Position numbers and translations under genes: made by a program
In this document: positions 1-8,427 of the stretch, in pieces
Numbering within the stretch: the first letter of the stretch is position 1
How the letters are laid out: every line of letters begins with the position of its first letter
The notes under the pieces: model-generated
What the model saw: only the letters and a program-made list of their open reading frames with translations
What the model was told of the DNA's origin: nothing
The model's database searches: none
Source: Acidobacteriota bacterium
GTDB lineage: Bacteria > Acidobacteriota > Terriglobia > Terriglobales > Acidobacteriaceae
Reading direction: 5' to 3'
DNA length: 24,000 bases
Assembly: GCA_023410055.1 (NCBI GenBank)
Contig: JAEYQK010000054.1
Location: 24,758-48,757, forward strand

Positions 1-1095
1 GAGCACGAGTCCATGGATGTTCGTGACTTCGGCATTCCCGTCTGCAAGCGAGTAATGCGCGCGCAGGTCGCGGACATCGCCCCTGAAGCTCGGACCGTTC
101 ACCGCCAGCCCGGGACTAAACAAATCCCCACTCAACGTGGCCGTCTTCAACATCGGCTCGTTCGGCGCGCTCTGGTACTTCGCCGTTCCATTCAGCTGAA
201 TCACGCCCACCGGCAATGTCGGATCATTCAGAATGTGCCGGAACTCTCCCGTCGCAAGCCGCGCCTGATAGTTGGCCTGCAACGACGGTTGCGAGTAGTT
301 CTCTACTGCGGCGTTCACGACAACTCGCGAGCTACCGCTGGTCAGCACTGCATTGCGCAAATTGAACTTGTCTCGCGTTGCCGAGAACTCGGCCGTCAGT
401 CCGTGTGGTATCGGCTTGTACTTACCAACGACCAGCCGACCGTTGCCGTAACCAAACATGCCTGCGTATTCCTGCGCACTGGTACTGAACCGCGACTGGA
501 ATTCCAGGTCATGCAGGTCCGCATACATGTCGCTCTTTTGGTCGTTGTAGTACGCCTCGCCGTTATTCAGTACGGCATGCCTGATTCCTAGATCGAATAC
601 GTTTGTCTGGCTCTGGCCACTAGTCTCGGGCGTCGGCAGATTGTTCTTTCCGTTCTGATCGACGATCAATCGAACGACAGGATGATCTACTCGTATCTCC
701 TGCAGATACCACGTACGTCTCAGCAGTGACGTGATCTTTACTGCGACCTGGACATGCTGCACCGAAAGCAACGGTACATTCCCATACGGCGGCGCGCCGT
801 GCACGACCGCGTCATACAGTTCCAGAGTCGGACTGATCCCCGAAAAGTGAAGCGCGAAGTCCCTCGCCGTTACTTGCGTTCCCAGCGATGCACTCGCCTT
901 TTGTTGCGCCACCGCCAGGATGTAGTCGTGGAACTTGCGGCTGTGCAGCAGGACAACCACGGCAACGACGATCAGAATGATGAGCACTCCGATCACGCCC
1001 GCAGTCCAGGCGAGTACTTTCTTCCATGAAAAATGCCGGACAGGTCGTTCCGGCGGAAGCCCACCCCTCGGCGGCTGTTGTGGTAGTGCGCTCAA
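1..1095 (-). CDS. TamB/AsmA-like translocation-and-assembly module protein, N-terminal part (3' end lies beyond the left edge)
   Basis: Absent from the ORF track because it has no stop inside the window. My own minus-strand translation from ~1095 stays open to position 1: ...RHFSWKKVLAWTAGVIGVLIILIVVAVVVLLHSRKFHDYILAVAQQKASASLGTQVTARDFALHFSG...RVDHPVVRLIVDQNGKNNLPTP... This is one N-terminal TM anchor followed by a beta-rich region, as in TamB N-termini. It lies directly downstream of an Omp85 gene. The candidate TTG start (1095-1093) overlaps the Omp85 TGA stop (TTGA), but the start codon is uncertain. Plus-strand ORFs 13..591 and 754..1029 are antisense shadows. Confidence 0.7.
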   Translation of the reverse strand, partial: MSALPQQPPRGGLPPERPVRHFSWKKVLAWTAGVIGVLIILIVVAVVVLLHSRKFHDYILAVAQQKASASLGTQVTARDFALHFSGISPTLELYDAVVHGAPPYGNVPLLSVQHVQVAVKITSLLRRTWYLQEIRVDHPVVRLIVDQNGKNNLPTPETSGQSQTNVFDLGIRHAVLNNGEAYYNDQKSDMYADLHDLEFQSRFSTSAQEYAGMFGYGNGRLVVGKYKPIPHGLTAEFSATRDKFNLRNAVLTSGSSRVVVNAAVENYSQPSLQANYQARLATGEFRHILNDPTLPVGVIQLNGTAKYQSAPNEPMLKTATLSGDLFSPGLAVNGPSFRGDVRDLRAHYSLADGNAEVTNIHGLVL

Positions 1096-4082
1096 AATGC
1101 TTGTCCCAATGTCACAAAGATCTGTGTTGATTTGATTCCGGGAGGCGCATTCAAGTTGTGGCCAATATCTATACGCACCGGGCCGACCGGCGTCGTATAG
1201 CGAAACCCAAACCCTACGGAATTTGTGTACTGGCCGTGAAAGCCGATCCGCGGAAAGACGTTGCCGCCGTCGTAGAAAGTGACCAGTCCGAGGTTCTTCT
1301 TGATCGCGTCGAGCGGAATGCGGAATTCCGAGTTCAGGATCAGTAGCTCGTTGCCGCCAACCGGCACAGTGATCAACGAGCAGGTCGATGAGTCGGAAGG
1401 ATTACCGCAAGCCGGAATCGTGCGTTGTGGCCCGGCACCATTCAGCGGGAATCCTCGCAAGGTGCTGCCGCCACCAGAGAAGAACGCTTCGCTAATCGGG
1501 ACGTGGCTGCCTGCGAATGGCTTCTGCAGTCCGATGCGAACGCTGTTCGCCCAGATGATGTTCGCCGGAATCTTCTTATAGTAGGCTGTCTGCGCCAGCA
1601 GTCTGGCAAAATCTACGCTCGAGCCCAGCGCACTTGGGTTGAATTCCAGTTCAAAGCTCTCGTAAATACCCTTGTGCGCATCCAGCGGGTTGTCGCGCGT
1701 ATCACGAACGTACGACCCGCTGATCGTCGACAATCGCACATGACGATCCGGTTCCGGAACTAGATCAGGTATCAACAGTCGCGTGATCCCCGTCTCACGG
1801 AACTGGTAGCGAACGAAGAGAGTCTGGGTCTTGTCGGGATTAAGCGGCCGCTGCAGCTGCCACCCCGCCTCTCCGATTCGCGACGTGAATATCGGATTTT
1901 CGCTGTTGTGTTCGCCCGAGATCATCAGGTCCGAACGCCAGTTGGTCCACCAGAAGGAAGGATTGGTGTATGTAACCGAGCCTCGCTGATCGAGACGACC
2001 GGCAAACCCACTCAACAGCAGCGACTCGGCCTTGCCGCGCAGGTTCTTCCGCGTGTACTGAAACGTCCCCCGTGGTCCATAAAACGTCTTCTCGCTGGTC
2101 TTGAAACTTGACGGCAAGCCTACCGGCGGCAATCCTGGTACCGCCACGGTTCCGCTCGGAACGCTTCCGCCACGATTGATGATCTCGAATCCGACACCAT
2201 AGGAGATCGTATTCTTCTTTGCCTCGTGAACCTTGATTACCACGTCTTCCATCGTCTGTGTCGTGATGTGCCGTCGCGGATCAATCTCCGCCCAGTCGAA
2301 AATGTCTGGCTGATACAGATTGTTCTCGTCCGTGAGCATGTCGCGCTCGCGCAGCGGCGTGCCCGGTTGAATGTTCATCGTCTGCCTGCTGATAACCCTC
2401 TGCCTTGTATCCTGCCGTCCCAGCGTAATCACGTTGGCGACATGCACCTGCGGTCCTTCGTCGATCTCGTACGTTACTTGCAGTCGGTGTGGATCATTGC
2501 TGGCCTGCTGCACGGTCTCGCGGAAGGTCGCCGTCAAATAGCCCAGGTTGAGATATGTTGCCACGATTCTATTGCGGTCTTCGTTAACACGCTGCTGCGA
2601 GTACGCCTGTCCCGGCTGCAGCTTTAGTCCCTTCGGAGCAAGCCGCGACACGGGCTGCGTTTCATTGCCCTGAATCTTCAACGACTCAACGATGTCCTGT
2701 GGACCCTCATCTACGCGGAAATTGATTACAAGGTTGCCATTGCGGCCCGTCACCTCTGGCGTGACCTTCACCCCGCTAAACCCTGCGGCCTTATATAGAT
2801 TAGACAGGTTCGTCACACTGGTACGCACCAGTTTCTGGCTGAAGTCGCCGCGGGAAAAGAATCGACCCTTCTTGACCTTCACATTTGACATCAGTTCCTT
2901 GTCCGAGAAGTGGTTATTTCCGGTAATGTTGATTTCAGCGACCTTGTGCCGTCGCCCCTTTGTGATCGTGTAAAAGATCGTTTCGGCATCTGCCTGTTGC
3001 TGCTCTCTTGTCTCTACCTTGACTTCGAAATAACCCTTCTTCTGGAAGTGCGAAATAAGGTTCTGGCGTCCCTCTTGTATCAACTCAGGATTGAGCCCGT
3101 TCTGCTGGTACACCGGCAGCAGACTACGTCGCGTCCAGCTCCAAAGGTGCGCGCCTTGCACTTTCACGTGCACAACCGGACCCGTCGTTACATGGAAAAG
3201 CACATCCGCGCGATTCGTCTCCGGATTGTAGTTAGCCCCGACTAGCTTCACTTGCGCCGCCAGACGATCCTTTTTCATCAGCGCGTTTTCGAGGTACTGC
3301 GTGGCTTTCTTCAATGTGCCCGGCTTGAAAGTCTTTCCGGGACGAATCGCTGCGCCTCTCAATCGGGCCATGAACGAGTGCAGCACAGAGCGCAGGTGCT
3401 CCGTTTCCTGTGGAGTCGCACCTTCAATTTCGACGTTACCGAATTTGGCGCGCTTCCCCATCGTCGTACTAAAGAAGACGTTGACGAGTCCGTTCTGCTT
3501 ATCCACCTGCAGCTCCGGACGAACTTGCGCTTGAAAGTAGCCCGTCCTCCTGAAGAACGTCTCAAGAGCATCTCGCGCGTTCCGAACGTCGACCGGTGTG
3601 TACGCGCCCTGCGGAGGGTAATTCGCAACCTGCAGCAGCCGCGCGTACGAAAATCGGGACGTCGCACCTGGGAACCGATAAATGCCGAAATAGTCCGCTG
3701 GGTGCAATATGAATAGAACTCGCACTCCTTCCGTCTCCGGTCGTAGTTCCAACTCTACTTGCTGGAATCTGCCGAGCCCTTTCAGCGCCGCAACCGAATC
3801 ATCTATCTTCTTTTGCGAGAATGGCTGGCCCGCTTTCTGAGCTAGCAAAGGTGCCAACGCGCTGGTATCCAGGTTCGGCTGACCCGCCAGTTCGACCGAT
3901 AATACTTTCTGGCCCTCATAAGAAGGTAAGACTTCTTCCGTGCGCGGCGACGTCTTTGGCTGCTGACTGGGATGCTGCGTCGGGCTGCTCTGGCCCACCG
4001 AAAACGTCGGTACGCAACTCAGCAAGGCCATCGCGTGCACCATGCAAGTACGCAAGAAAGAACGTTTTCCGGGCTTAACCAT
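1092..4082 (-). CDS. Omp85 family outer-membrane protein (BamA/TamA-like, multiple POTRA-like repeats plus C-terminal beta-barrel)
   Basis: ORF 1092..4112 (1006 aa). It has a signal-like N-terminus and repeated POTRA-like units (VLSVELAGQPNLD.., VAEINITGNNHFSDKEL.., VESLKIQGNETQPVSRL..). The long barrel region ends in an aromatic residue (..TQIFVTLGQAF), typical of D15/surface-antigen barrels. The likely start is ATG 4082 (MVKPGKRSFL.., GGAGGG just upstream) rather than 4112. Confidence 0.9.
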   Translation of the reverse strand: MVKPGKRSFLRTCMVHAMALLSCVPTFSVGQSSPTQHPSQQPKTSPRTEEVLPSYEGQKVLSVELAGQPNLDTSALAPLLAQKAGQPFSQKKIDDSVAALKGLGRFQQVELELRPETEGVRVLFILHPADYFGIYRFPGATSRFSYARLLQVANYPPQGAYTPVDVRNARDALETFFRRTGYFQAQVRPELQVDKQNGLVNVFFSTTMGKRAKFGNVEIEGATPQETEHLRSVLHSFMARLRGAAIRPGKTFKPGTLKKATQYLENALMKKDRLAAQVKLVGANYNPETNRADVLFHVTTGPVVHVKVQGAHLWSWTRRSLLPVYQQNGLNPELIQEGRQNLISHFQKKGYFEVKVETREQQQADAETIFYTITKGRRHKVAEINITGNNHFSDKELMSNVKVKKGRFFSRGDFSQKLVRTSVTNLSNLYKAAGFSGVKVTPEVTGRNGNLVINFRVDEGPQDIVESLKIQGNETQPVSRLAPKGLKLQPGQAYSQQRVNEDRNRIVATYLNLGYLTATFRETVQQASNDPHRLQVTYEIDEGPQVHVANVITLGRQDTRQRVISRQTMNIQPGTPLRERDMLTDENNLYQPDIFDWAEIDPRRHITTQTMEDVVIKVHEAKKNTISYGVGFEIINRGGSVPSGTVAVPGLPPVGLPSSFKTSEKTFYGPRGTFQYTRKNLRGKAESLLLSGFAGRLDQRGSVTYTNPSFWWTNWRSDLMISGEHNSENPIFTSRIGEAGWQLQRPLNPDKTQTLFVRYQFRETGITRLLIPDLVPEPDRHVRLSTISGSYVRDTRDNPLDAHKGIYESFELEFNPSALGSSVDFARLLAQTAYYKKIPANIIWANSVRIGLQKPFAGSHVPISEAFFSGGGSTLRGFPLNGAGPQRTIPACGNPSDSSTCSLITVPVGGNELLILNSEFRIPLDAIKKNLGLVTFYDGGNVFPRIGFHGQYTNSVGFGFRYTTPVGPVRIDIGHNLNAPPGIKSTQIFVTLGQAF

Positions 4083-4310
4083 TACCCTCCGTACTCCACA
4101 AGACGGGATCACTCGCTGTCGTCGCGCGCCAGAGCAGGGAACTGCGCCTTGAACGGTGAGATGAAGGCGAGCTAAGGTCAGTTTTCCACCTCAGCAATCC
4201 CGCGGCGGCCTCTTGGCCCCGGTTCTCTGGCTTGGCACTGCCCGGCACCTGGATTTCGTAGAAATGCTGGGCCGCATTGCTCTTTCGTGTAGCCGAAAAA
4301 CGGGGTTAGC

Positions 4311-5543
4311 ATGGTATATTCGCGGCCAAGTACTATGGACTCATTGCACCCACTAGTTCTGCCATTATTCATCCTGCTTTCACTGGGATTGATCGGCGGG
4401 TTTGCGGCTTTCGTCCGCGACCGACGGCGTTTCGCCGGTTTTCGGCACCTCACAAAAGATGTGCTCAAACTCGGCAAGGCTGTCGACGGCGAAGTATTCC
4501 GTGACGGTACCGATCTCGTCGTCAATGGAACTTGGCGTGGGTGGCCGGTCGATATCCGCTTCTCCTACCTGGAAAACACCCCGGGTACTGACATTCGCAT
4601 GGGAGCCCCAGCCAGCTTCTCGCTCTTCGTTTCACCCCGTTCCATCAAGGCTCCCGAAGGTTCTGCCGCACTGCGCACGCAGGACGAAATGTTCAATGTT
4701 CGCGCCCAGGTGCGATCCAATCATCCTGCCGAAGCCGGCATTTTCCTGGGTTCCAAAGACGTTGTCCCCTCACTAACGAAGCTCTATCGTTCCTCGCAAA
4801 CCTACTTCCGGCTCACAAAGGGCTTGCTGGAGCTGACCGACCTGGAACCGCCGTCCGTAGGAGTGGTCCGAGGCGTTACCGCGCAATTGGACGCGATGAA
4901 TGCCCTGGCAACACTGCTGAAAGAAATGCCGGGCAGCTCGGAAATCAAGGTTGAACCGCTGAAGCGCGATCCGCGCTACGCATTTAAGATTGCCGTTCTC
5001 GCCGGAATCGCCGCCGCTGTCGTTGCGGTCTTTATGGCAGCTTCCGGCGGTCAGGACGAGGCCCCAGTTACGAAGCAGGCGTTCGTGCCGGAAGGAATTG
5101 CGGAAGCCGATGCGAAGCTGATTCCTGGAATATCCAAATGGCGACTCGCGCCCAGCCAGGCTTTCGATCCAAACGGAATCGGCTGGCTTCGGGGGAGTGG
5201 TATCGAAGCTGCCTCGCGTATCCCCGCCGCCTTTTCAGGCAGAGAGGGCGACACCGCCTACATCCTGACGAAGGACGACGGCTCAAAGCGCGTCGTGATT
5301 ATCAGTGCCGGACGCAACGTTTATGACGCCACGTATACGTATCTTGGCGTTGCCGCGCGAGTAAAGAAGAGCATCGTACCCTCAATAACGTGGGCGGGGA
5401 ATCCGTCCGAGGAACCGGACGGCGATGGCTTGTTTGTACTTCGTGCTCCCAACGACCCCGCCTCAGGGCTTATTATCTTTATAAAGGGTGATCGCATCAT
5501 TACCGCCGCACCCAAAGACTACCGCACTATTAGACTGGAGTAG
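4311..5543 (+). CDS. hypothetical membrane protein (two predicted TM helices, no domain recognised)
   Basis: 410-aa ORF. Hydrophobic segments are LHPLVLPLFILLSLGLIGGFAAFV followed by RDRRRF, and AFKIAVLAGIAAAVVAVFMAA. The stop lies 5 nt before the aminotransferase start, so the two are probably co-transcribed. Function unknown. Confidence 0.7.
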   Translation: MVYSRPSTMDSLHPLVLPLFILLSLGLIGGFAAFVRDRRRFAGFRHLTKDVLKLGKAVDGEVFRDGTDLVVNGTWRGWPVDIRFSYLENTPGTDIRMGAPASFSLFVSPRSIKAPEGSAALRTQDEMFNVRAQVRSNHPAEAGIFLGSKDVVPSLTKLYRSSQTYFRLTKGLLELTDLEPPSVGVVRGVTAQLDAMNALATLLKEMPGSSEIKVEPLKRDPRYAFKIAVLAGIAAAVVAVFMAASGGQDEAPVTKQAFVPEGIAEADAKLIPGISKWRLAPSQAFDPNGIGWLRGSGIEAASRIPAAFSGREGDTAYILTKDDGSKRVVIISAGRNVYDATYTYLGVAARVKKSIVPSITWAGNPSEEPDGDGLFVLRAPNDPASGLIIFIKGDRIITAAPKDYRTIRLE

Positions 5544-5548
5544 ACGCC

Positions 5549-6769
5549 ATGCTGCGCAAGAACCGGCTCTTTACACCGGGCCCAACCCCACTTCTGCCTT
5601 CTGCACAGAACGCCATGACAGCTGCCGTCATGCATCACCGCACGGCCGATTTCAAGAACCTGTTCTCGAAGACCATCGCCGACCTCAAGACCTTCATCGG
5701 TACGAAGAATGACGTGCTGATTCTGGCCTCGTCGGGAACCGGCGCCATGGAAGCCTCGGTCACGAATCTGACCGCGGCAGGCGACAAGGTTCTCGTTCTG
5801 ACTGCCGGAAAGTTCGGCGAACGCTGGCGCGATCTCGGCAAGACCTGGGGCTGCAACGTCGATCTCGTCACCAAGCCCTATGGCGAACGCATCGCTGCTG
5901 AAGACGTTAAAGATAAGCTGCTCGCCAAAGGACACGGCTATCGCTGCGTCTACATGCAGGCGACCGAGAGCTCGACCGGCGTACGCCATGACGTCGAAGG
6001 CGTTGCCAAGCTCGTAGCCGAATCAAACGCGCAGGGCGGCGACACGCTGCTTGTCATCGATGCCATTACCGGCCTCGGCACCACCCACTTCGACGTGGAC
6101 GGCTGGGGCATTGACGTGATCATCGGCGGCTCGCAGAAGGCGCTCATGATTCCCCCGGGACTCGCGTACCTCGCCGTGAGCGATCGTGCCTGGAAGCGCA
6201 TGGAACAGCCTCATTCGCCGTCGTATTACTTCAATCTGGCGAAGGAACGTAAGTCGCAGGTGAAAGGCGAAACCGCCTTCACCCCGGCGATCACGCTGGT
6301 TGCCGGACTCGGCGCCGCGCTGGACTTCGTTCGCGCCGCCGGTAAGGGTGATCTCGCTGCCGGACGCGAGGCGCTCATCAACAACGCCGAAACCTGCGCC
6401 GCCATGACCCGCGCCGCTGCTGCCGCGCTCGGACTGAAACTCTTCGCTCCGGTCGGCCCATGCGCCGCGTTGACGGCCATCAAGCCCCCCGAGGGCATGG
6501 ATTCGGGCGTAATCGTCAAAGAGTTCCGCGAGAAATTCGACGCCGTGGTCGCCAACGGTCAGGGTGACGAGATGAAGGGCAAGATGTTCCGCATCGCCCA
6601 CATTGGTCTCTACGACTACCTTGACACCATCGCGATCATCGCCGGACTCGAACAGGTCCTGGCCAAGGTCGCGCCCGGCCTGAACGTCCAGTTCGGCGCC
6701 GCCGTCAAGGCCGCCCAGGAAGTCTACGCCAAGTCGGTCGCCGAAGCCGGCAAGGCCATTGCCGGATAA
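5549..6769 (+). CDS. class V PLP-dependent aminotransferase (alanine/serine-glyoxylate aminotransferase family)
   Basis: 406 aa. The N-terminus LFTPGPTPLLPSAQNAM and the PLP-lysine context IIGGSQKALMIPPGLA are typical of fold-type I class V aminotransferases. Substrate cannot be assigned from sequence alone. Confidence 0.9.
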   Translation: MLRKNRLFTPGPTPLLPSAQNAMTAAVMHHRTADFKNLFSKTIADLKTFIGTKNDVLILASSGTGAMEASVTNLTAAGDKVLVLTAGKFGERWRDLGKTWGCNVDLVTKPYGERIAAEDVKDKLLAKGHGYRCVYMQATESSTGVRHDVEGVAKLVAESNAQGGDTLLVIDAITGLGTTHFDVDGWGIDVIIGGSQKALMIPPGLAYLAVSDRAWKRMEQPHSPSYYFNLAKERKSQVKGETAFTPAITLVAGLGAALDFVRAAGKGDLAAGREALINNAETCAAMTRAAAAALGLKLFAPVGPCAALTAIKPPEGMDSGVIVKEFREKFDAVVANGQGDEMKGKMFRIAHIGLYDYLDTIAIIAGLEQVLAKVAPGLNVQFGAAVKAAQEVYAKSVAEAGKAIAG

Positions 6770-6780
6770 TGATGCTTGTT

Positions 6781-6807
6781 GTGTAGGGACGGGGCTGTGC
6801 CCCGTCC
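6781..6807 (+). repeat. GTAG-headed GC hairpin, copy 1 (GTGTAGGGACGGGGCTGTGCCCCGTCC)
   Basis: 9-bp stem GGACGGGGC/GCCCCGTCC with loop TGT, 12 nt after the aminotransferase stop. An identical 27-mer occurs at 13031-13057. No T-run follows this copy. Confidence 0.8.
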
Positions 6808-6990
6808 AGATTAATGACAAAGTACCTGACAAAGCTCTCGTTTTTGCGGGGGCTTTGTTGTATTCAGAGAAAATACCGGGTGCGCCACCCTTTCCGCGCT
6901 GATTTTTTCAACTTGGGAACAGGTGGACGGGATGGCCCGGCCTGAACAGAATTTCGATTGATGTGACACAGTTGTATCGGAAAGAACACG

Positions 6991-7033
6991 TAGGGTGCCC
7001 CATTCTCGCGCAGCGAGGGTGGGGATTTTGACT
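6991..7033 (+). repeat. REP family 1, copy 1
   Basis: TAGGGTG head, then an 11-bp stem CCCCATTCTCG/CGAGGGTGGGG (two G-T wobbles) with loop CGCAG, then tail ATTTTGAC. Confidence 0.85.
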
Positions 7034-7117
7034 TACTTTCTGCTACAGCATGTTCGGATTCTGTAACAGGCGCAAGGTTGTACGAGCCAGAAGCACATTT
7101 CGCGTTAAGGTCGCTCC

Positions 7118-7699
7118 ATGCCTTGGGGACTCAAGCGCTTTCACGGAACGCGCGACCTTCACTTCATCACCTTCAGTTGTTATCGTCGCCAGCCGTTGCT
7201 CAATAGCCCTCACTCGAAACGTGCCTTCGAAGTGGTCCTCGAACAGGTACGGAGACAATACAACTTCTTCGTCACTGGATACGTGGTTATGCCCGAGCAC
7301 GTGCATCTTCTGATGAGCGAACCTGAAGACAAGAAACTCGCCTCGGCGCTGCAAGTGCTCAAACAACTGGTCGCGCAGCGACTCGGTGGCGGAAGTCAAT
7401 TCTGGCAGCCGCGCTACTACGACTTCAATGTCTGGAGCGAACTCAAGTGCAAAGAGAAGCTTCGCTACCTTCATCGGAATCCAGTAAAGCGGGGGCTCGT
7501 CGCGAGTCCCGAGGACTGGGAATGGAGCAGCTTTCGCCATTGGTTGACGGGCGGAACAGGTGTTGTCGAGATCGAGTCACAGTGGACCGCGCGTCGGCGG
7601 GAAAAGATGGGTATGGCAGTGAGGGTGAAAATCATCACACAAGAGATGAAAGCCCCACCCTCGCTGCGCGAGAATGGGGCACCCTCCAGATTGTCGTAG
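7118..7699 (+). CDS. REP-associated tyrosine transposase (RAYT; IS200-like Y1/HUH transposase)
   Basis: 193 aa. The N-terminus is MPWGLKRFHGTRDLHFITFSCY, the HUH motif is PEHVHLL, and the catalytic Tyr context is RYLHRNPVKRGLV. No tnpB or IS ends are present. The last codons (..PPSLRENGAPS) are encoded by the right-hand REP. Confidence 0.85.
   Translation: MPWGLKRFHGTRDLHFITFSCYRRQPLLNSPHSKRAFEVVLEQVRRQYNFFVTGYVVMPEHVHLLMSEPEDKKLASALQVLKQLVAQRLGGGSQFWQPRYYDFNVWSELKCKEKLRYLHRNPVKRGLVASPEDWEWSSFRHWLTGGTGVVEIESQWTARRREKMGMAVRVKIITQEMKAPPSLRENGAPSRLS
7649..7687 (-). repeat. REP family 1, copy 2 (inverted relative to copy 1)
   Basis: The plus strand reads AAAGCCCCACCCTCGCTGCGCGAGAATGGGGCACCCTCC, which is the reverse complement of the copy 1 core. 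Confidence 0.85.
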
Positions 7700-8043
7700 A
7701 ACGACTAATATCGCTTTAATACAATCGCATCTCAGGACGGGCCACCCCGCCCGCATAACACCGGCTAACGGGTCGGACTTTTCTGCGAGCATCTCGGGGG
7801 ACGTGATCCGAAGAAGCGCCGAGTATGAAAACGTATCAATAGAAATCTACGGGTTAGTTACGAGCCAAGAATCTGGCGACATTCTTGCCGTGGTTAACTG
7901 GAAGAAGAGAACGTGCGCGAGTTCTCAGTTGGCAAATGACTTGACATTTCGTCCGCTCTCAAAACCGAGTCGGTAATGGGTACGATGACAGGTGGCCCGG
8001 CCTGACAGTTACTCAACTCAGCAAGAGAATACTTAGGGTGCCC

Positions 8044-8087
8044 CATTCTTCGCGAAGCGAAGGGTGGGGCTTTTGACTTCTTGTCAC
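8044..8087 (+). repeat. REP family 1, copy 3
   Basis: TAGGGTGCCCCATTCTTCGCGAAGCGAAGGGTGGGGCTTTTGAC. It has a 12-bp stem with a paired T/A insertion relative to copy 1, and loop CGAAG. Confidence 0.85.
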
Positions 8088-8246
8088 TTCAGGATTGGAT
8101 CTTCCACTCCAAACCGGCCTTCTGTTCTGATTTCGTAAATTCTCAGCCCCTCACGTTATAACTTCCGGAAATCGTCGTATTGTCTATTCAGAACAGATCG
8201 CACCGTGTATTGCGTGATTGATTAACAGGCCTCGCGCCAGTGCCCA

Positions 8247-8337
8247 CCAGTCACGGCAGTCGCTCATCACTCAGAGACTGATGCTTAACTCCTTTAGAAT
8301 CGTCAGTCACACAGACGAGATAGGGGGAGGGGTGGGG
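8247..8337 (-). repeat. ~90-nt 3'-UTR element, diverged copy C
   Basis: By manual alignment, GCTTAACTCCTTTAGAATCGTCAGTCA...GGGGGAGGGGTGGGG matches 16966-17016 (GCAGCTAACTCGTTTAGATCATCAGTGA...GGTGGGGGGAGGGG) at roughly 24/30 in the core, with looser matching in the CAGTCA-repeat part. Confidence 0.55.
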
Positions 8338-8379
8338 CGGTAACAAGGCAGTAAACTTCATCAGTTCATTGCCTAAGAA

Positions 8380-8415
8380 GCCGAGTGGTGCAACAGTAAT
8401 GTCGAACCACTCGGC
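8380..8415 (-). terminator. hairpin downstream of the secreted-protein gene (possible terminator)
   Basis: 10-bp stem GCCGAGTGGT/ACCACTCGGC with a 16-nt loop, 13 nt after the stop at 8428. Only a weak T-rich tail (CTTCTT) follows on the minus strand. Confidence 0.4.
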
Positions 8416-8427
8416 CCTGAAACAGAA

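Larger units (their letters stand above)
6991..7687 (+). mobile_element. REP-RAYT-REP unit (Y1 transposase gene flanked by inverted REP hairpins)
   Basis: The 33-nt core AGGGTGCCCCATTCTCGCGCAGCGAGGGTGGGG at 6992-7024 reappears as a reverse complement at 7653-7685, identical by eye, around ORF 7118..7699. Confidence 0.8.

Noticed and set aside
13-1029. Plus-strand ORFs 13..591 (192 aa) and 754..1029 (91 aa).
   Set aside because: They are Arg/His/Val-rich shadow ORFs antisense to a clean TamB-like reading frame that is open across the whole region on the minus strand.
6023-6832. Minus-strand 269-aa ORF.
   Set aside because: It is entirely antisense to the well-supported aminotransferase. Its Gly/Arg/Asp-rich composition is typical of GC-rich antisense frames.
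7043-7540. Minus-strand 165-aa ORF opposite the RAYT gene.
   Set aside because: The plus-strand frame carries the HUH and Tyr motifs. The minus frame has no recognisable features and begins in the REP flank.
7674-7976. A 100-aa ORF between REP copies 2 and 3.
   Set aside because: Its start and first codons are REP sequence (MGHPP...). The rest is low-GC with rare codons and has no RBS. I treat it as non-coding.
8121-8197. Perfect 10-bp inverted repeat TCTGTTCTGA / TCAGAACAGA separated by 57 nt, with an internal TTCCGGAA palindrome.
   Set aside because: It is a single occurrence, and a 10-bp match at some spacing within 24 kb is plausibly chance. There is no supporting context.
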